The notes below the pieces were generated by a model. It was not told the origin of the DNA and ran no database searches. It worked only from the letters and a program-made list of their open reading frames with translations. Made by a program: the position numbers and the translations under genes. Of a stretch of DNA of 64,000 nt, positions 60,457 to 64,000 are shown piece by piece. The DNA is from an uncultured Bacillales bacterium (GTDB lineage Bacteria; Bacillota_I; Bacilli_A; RFN20; CAG-826), in assembly GCA_946612115.1 (NCBI GenBank), contig CAMOEI010000003.1:46515-110514 (forward strand), written 5' to 3'. Position 1 is the stretch's first letter. Every line of letters starts with the position of its first letter.

Positions 60457-61266
60457 TTAACTTCTTTCTTTGATGAGTTGATACATTTTTAAATAATCTA
60501 AATAGGCGATGTTTTCTGGTCTAGTCATTTCATTAATATTAAGAGTCTCTAAAATCGATTTCGTTTTTAGAGAATCATTAAGATAGACCTTAAGATTATT
60601 ATAGATTGTTTTTCTTCTATTTATAAATAAGCTTTTACATAGCTTATAGGTTCCTAAGATATCTTCTTCACTGGCTTTTAAGCTTTTGATATAGGTAAAC
60701 ACCACTGAAGAACATTTAGGAACTGGATAAAAACTACCAGCTTTAACAACAAACTCTTTTTTAACTTCTCCAAGTAAATGAATCAAAACACTTACTGGTC
60801 CATAATTTTCTCCACTAAAATCATTAAAGCGATCAAAGGCTTCTAGTTGAATCATTAACACCATCTTTTTAACTTCTTTAGCGTGTAGTAGTAAATAGGT
60901 CACTAATTCAGTTGTAATGTTATATGGAAGATTACCAATAATCTTATCGTAACTAGAAACATCAACTTTTCTAATATCGTTATAGATGTATTCGATATCT
61001 TTACCATAAATAGTGCCTAAATAATTAATCATTCTAATATCAATATCACAAACAGAGAGATGTCCTTCTTTTTCATTTAAGTAGTGGGTAAGGCTTCCTA
61101 AGCCTGGTCCAATCTCTAAAACTTCTTCATCTTTTTGAATGTCTAATAGATCCACAATTTTAGAAGAAACACTTGGTTCCACAAGAAAATTTTGGCCATA
61201 ATCTTTATCTGGTCTAACATTATTCAAATTGACGATTGGGATGATGTTGTTTCTTGTAATTTCCAT
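60457..61266 (-). CDS. rsmA: 16S rRNA dimethyladenosine transferase
   Basis: GQNFL, EIGPGLG, NLPYNIT, RRKT. Confidence 0.95.
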   Translation of the reverse strand: MEITRNNIIPIVNLNNVRPDKDYGQNFLVEPSVSSKIVDLLDIQKDEEVLEIGPGLGSLTHYLNEKEGHLSVCDIDIRMINYLGTIYGKDIEYIYNDIRKVDVSSYDKIIGNLPYNITTELVTYLLLHAKEVKKMVLMIQLEAFDRFNDFSGENYGPVSVLIHLLGEVKKEFVVKAGSFYPVPKCSSVVFTYIKSLKASEEDILGTYKLCKSLFINRRKTIYNNLKVYLNDSLKTKSILETLNINEMTRPENIAYLDYLKMYQLIKERS

Positions 61267-61774
61267 ATAGTTCTTCTTTGTTAATTCCTAAGATGTTTAA
61301 TTGGTTTTCAATACTTTTATTGCTACCTTCTAATAGGTGATATTTTTGGATGATTTCTTCTTTAATTTTGCTTGGGTTTTCATTTAAAGAAATTAATGTG
61401 CTTAATTCATAATCAACGATTTCAAAATCAGTAGAAGTGGAGAATGGTTTTAATAGAGTAGTGATTTCTTCTATTGAGGACTCTGCGACCCCTCTTTTTT
61501 TGTAATTTTTCCTACTAAAACCACTTATTTTTATATTTTTTGCAGTTTTTATTACCGAATTAATCTTATTTCTAATTCTTTCTCCTGCTTCATCATTATC
61601 GGTTAAAACGATGATTTCTTTTTGTTTACTTGCTAGAGATAAAAACTCTAATTTTTCTTTTGAAATATCTAATCCGTTAGTTACAAAAAAATACGCTTTT
61701 ATAAACGAAGATAAGAAAGCCTTATCACTTTCTCCTTCAACAACAATAATAGATGGGACAATTAATTTATTCAT
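61220..61774 (-). CDS. rnmV: Ribonuclease M5 (TOPRIM)
   Basis: IVVEG..D, LTDND.AGERIR, GVAE; between tatD and rsmA. Confidence 0.85.
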   Translation of the reverse strand: MNKLIVPSIIVVEGESDKAFLSSFIKAYFFVTNGLDISKEKLEFLSLASKQKEIIVLTDNDEAGERIRNKINSVIKTAKNIKISGFSRKNYKKRGVAESSIEEITTLLKPFSTSTDFEIVDYELSTLISLNENPSKIKEEIIQKYHLLEGSNKSIENQLNILGINKEELYGNYKKQHHPNRQFE

Positions 61775-62540
61775 CGATGTTAAATAAGTGACATGTATTT
61801 TTATAAAGAACATCCTCTAAATGCTTTTTAGACATGTCTTTTAATCGCGCAATTTCCTCTAAGACTAAACAGAGATATTTAGGTTCATTTTTCTCCCCTC
61901 GATGTGGATGAGGAGTTAAATAAGGACAATCGGTTTCGATAATTAATTTATCTAATGGAACTTCTTCTGCAACCTCTTTTGGAGTTTTCGCATTAGTGAA
62001 TGTTACTGGTCCACCTAAGGCGATCATCAAGTTACAAGAGAAGATGTCATTTAGCATTTCCACACTTCCAGAATAGCAGTGCATCACTCCTCCTGAAGTT
62101 GGTTTATGTTCTTTTAGAATTTTTAAACAATCTTCATTACTGTCTCGGTTATGAATAGAGATTGGTAAGCCTAATTTATTCGCATCTAAGATTTGTTTAA
62201 TAAACCATTCTTTTTGTTTTTCTCTTTGAAGAGGGTCTTTGACCCAGTGATAATCTAATCCAATTTCTCCAATCGCTTTGACTTTTGGGTGTCTCGCTAA
62301 AGATAGGAGTTCTTGATATTGTTCTTCGCTAACTTTATCAATTTCAGTTGGATGCACTCCAATAGCGGCGTAGCACTCTTCATATTTCTCACTTATTTCA
62401 ATCGCGAGTTTACTAGATTCATAGTCATATCCAATCACTAGAAAACGTTTAACGCCTGTTTTTTTAGCGTCTTCAATAACTCTATCGATTTCTGGATAGA
62501 GAATTGGATCATTTAGATGACAATGTGAATCAAATAGCAT
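61767..62540 (-). CDS. tatD: TatD family DNase
   Basis: DSHCHL, GVHP, GEIGLDY, HCYSG, ETDCPYL. Confidence 0.95.
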   Translation of the reverse strand: MLFDSHCHLNDPILYPEIDRVIEDAKKTGVKRFLVIGYDYESSKLAIEISEKYEECYAAIGVHPTEIDKVSEEQYQELLSLARHPKVKAIGEIGLDYHWVKDPLQREKQKEWFIKQILDANKLGLPISIHNRDSNEDCLKILKEHKPTSGGVMHCYSGSVEMLNDIFSCNLMIALGGPVTFTNAKTPKEVAEEVPLDKLIIETDCPYLTPHPHRGEKNEPKYLCLVLEEIARLKDMSKKHLEDVLYKNTCHLFNIDE

Positions 62541-62542
62541 TT

Positions 62543-63154
62543 TTATTCTCCTTGCTCTAACTCTGCTAATGTTTCAATACGAACATTGAATATAGCCGCC
62601 AATTTGCTAAGCGTGGCAATATTTAAACTGCTAATTTTTCTTCTTCTATTTTTTAAACTAATTAATGAATCATAAGGGATATTTGTTTTCTCAGAAATAT
62701 CTTTCATAGAATATTTGTATTTTTTAGCAAGGATAGAAAGAACTGTATTCTTTTCTTTTCTTTCACAAAATAGTTCTACAATATGAGAAAAATCCATTTC
62801 ATGATAAACATTAAATAAAACAAGCATCTCTTTAATAGGAATATAAATAAAGATTGCCTCAAATGTTAAATGAGTTTTTTGTTGAATCCAAAGATAAGCT
62901 TCAGACGCCCAAAGCGACGTATTATAAACAGGTATTTCTAAATCATCTATTTTTTCAAACGGAAACAAAGATTTAATAAGCTGCCCATCACTAATTAGTG
63001 ATACAGGCGTGTAATCATCTATTTCAATTCCTCTAAAAAAAGAAGAATATGAGATTCTTTTCTCAACAAAATCTAAAGAGAATTTGCGGTCAATAGCAAA
63101 CGACAACACTCTTTCAAACAATTCAGCAAAGTCGTAGAAAAGCTCATCCCTCAT
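62543..63154 (-). CDS. Partner of DUF3990 with C-terminal XRE-type HTH
   Basis: YHEMD motif and C-terminal HTH (ISEKTNIP...LAAIFNVRIE); overlaps the DUF3990 gene. Confidence 0.7.
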   Translation of the reverse strand: MRDELFYDFAELFERVLSFAIDRKFSLDFVEKRISYSSFFRGIEIDDYTPVSLISDGQLIKSLFPFEKIDDLEIPVYNTSLWASEAYLWIQQKTHLTFEAIFIYIPIKEMLVLFNVYHEMDFSHIVELFCERKEKNTVLSILAKKYKYSMKDISEKTNIPYDSLISLKNRRRKISSLNIATLSKLAAIFNVRIETLAELEQGE

Positions 63155-63806
63155 AATTTTCCCTCATTAAATCGATGATATATTTTTTATTTATATCAAC
63201 AGGCTGGTCAATAATATCTCTTGCCTTATTAGAAGCTTCTTTGACCACTGAGTGATATATGCCTAAAAATGTTTCATCACATTCAATTATTTCTTTAAAA
63301 TGCAATAACGCTATAGCTCTTTGTGATTTGAAAACATATTGAGTTCCTAAATTTCCTAACAAATAGATTTCTTCCAAATCATTAAACGATAGTCTTCCTT
63401 CTACAAAACTTAATGGGAATCTGAAATATGAATCGTCCGCACGATAACCAATAATGACATCATATTGTTCAACATCAATATAGAATTTATCTAACCATTC
63501 AAGGAAATTACTGCGGCCTTTTTTAAATGTAGACGTTAATTCGTGGTGATGCATTAATATTGCTACCCAATTAAGAACAGAATATTTATTCTTATCAGTC
63601 AGATCTAATATTTTTAGTTCTTTATACCTTCTGTCATCAATAAAGTATTTATTAACAACGCCTAATTCATTTTGCTTACACGCCCAAACCTTTGCGGATG
63701 TTAAATCTTTTGTCAAATAAAAAGCTGGCCCATAGTCATTATGTATCTGAGAGCCCCTATATATAGGATTTTGAATTAGCTTTTTACTTCCGTGATAAAA
63801 AATCAT
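63144..63806 (-). CDS. DUF3990 family protein
   Basis: YHGS, NDYG.AFYLT, A..WA, YDVIIGYRADDSYF, LG.Q. Confidence 0.85.
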   Translation of the reverse strand: MIFYHGSKKLIQNPIYRGSQIHNDYGPAFYLTKDLTSAKVWACKQNELGVVNKYFIDDRRYKELKILDLTDKNKYSVLNWVAILMHHHELTSTFKKGRSNFLEWLDKFYIDVEQYDVIIGYRADDSYFRFPLSFVEGRLSFNDLEEIYLLGNLGTQYVFKSQRAIALLHFKEIIECDETFLGIYHSVVKEASNKARDIIDQPVDINKKYIIDLMRENYEG

Positions 63807-63888
63807 ACTTTAATTATATTCTATTCGTTCAAAATTTCAATTTTTATGTACAATTGTACAAACTTTTCGCGTTTTTGAGCGAATTTGA

Positions 63889-64000
63889 CTACTTCCCAAC
63901 ACAGAATCTTGAGAAGATTTCTTTAGAGAGATCGTTTTGATTGTTCTCCCCTAAAATTTCTAAACAAGTATTATAAGCATCTAAGATAGAAACACTGACG
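63889..64000 (-). CDS. mnmE: tRNA modification GTPase MnmE, C-terminal fragment
   Basis: Minus frame ...LEILGENNQNDLSKEIFSRFCVGK*; FCxGK terminus. Confidence 0.9.
   Translation of the reverse strand, partial: VSVSILDAYNTCLEILGENNQNDLSKEIFSRFCVGK

Noticed and set aside
1-64000. tRNA, rRNA, integrase or transposase genes
   Set aside because: None recognisable by eye.

Overview
AT-rich chromosomal window from a low-GC Bacillota (Bacilli-like) bacterium. Standard code 11 applies: TGA is a stop and prfB is present. The gene content suggests an uncultured RF39/RFN20-type gut or rumen lineage (inference). Most of the window is housekeeping: secG-uvrB-yitT-prfB-secA-comFC-comFA, rpiB-tsaC-prmC-prfA, dnaX-ybaB-recR-tmk-holB-yaaT-rsmI-typA, ABC transporters, ppdK, glmU-ispE-rsmA-rnmV-tatD and the end of mnmE, plus large lipoproteins. 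The most striking signal is a recurring accessory architecture: a small basic toxin/RNase-like ORF followed by convergently transcribed structured non-coding RNAs, each with its own promoter and terminator, the nearest overlapping the ORF stop codon. (i) At 18.35-19.95 kb, two paralogous PemK/ToxN-like ORFs sit with four RNA units that contain six bulged hairpins of conserved shape but variable sequence, stacked at a duplicated 5' end of comFA. (ii) At 46.25-47.26 kb, an ATA-started RelE/MuF-C-like ORF is followed by two tandem ~175-nt homologous RNAs. (iii) At 1.18-1.44 kb there is a type I toxin-antitoxin-like module. These loci also share an upstream DNA motif. All family assignments are by eye from motifs; no database searches were run.
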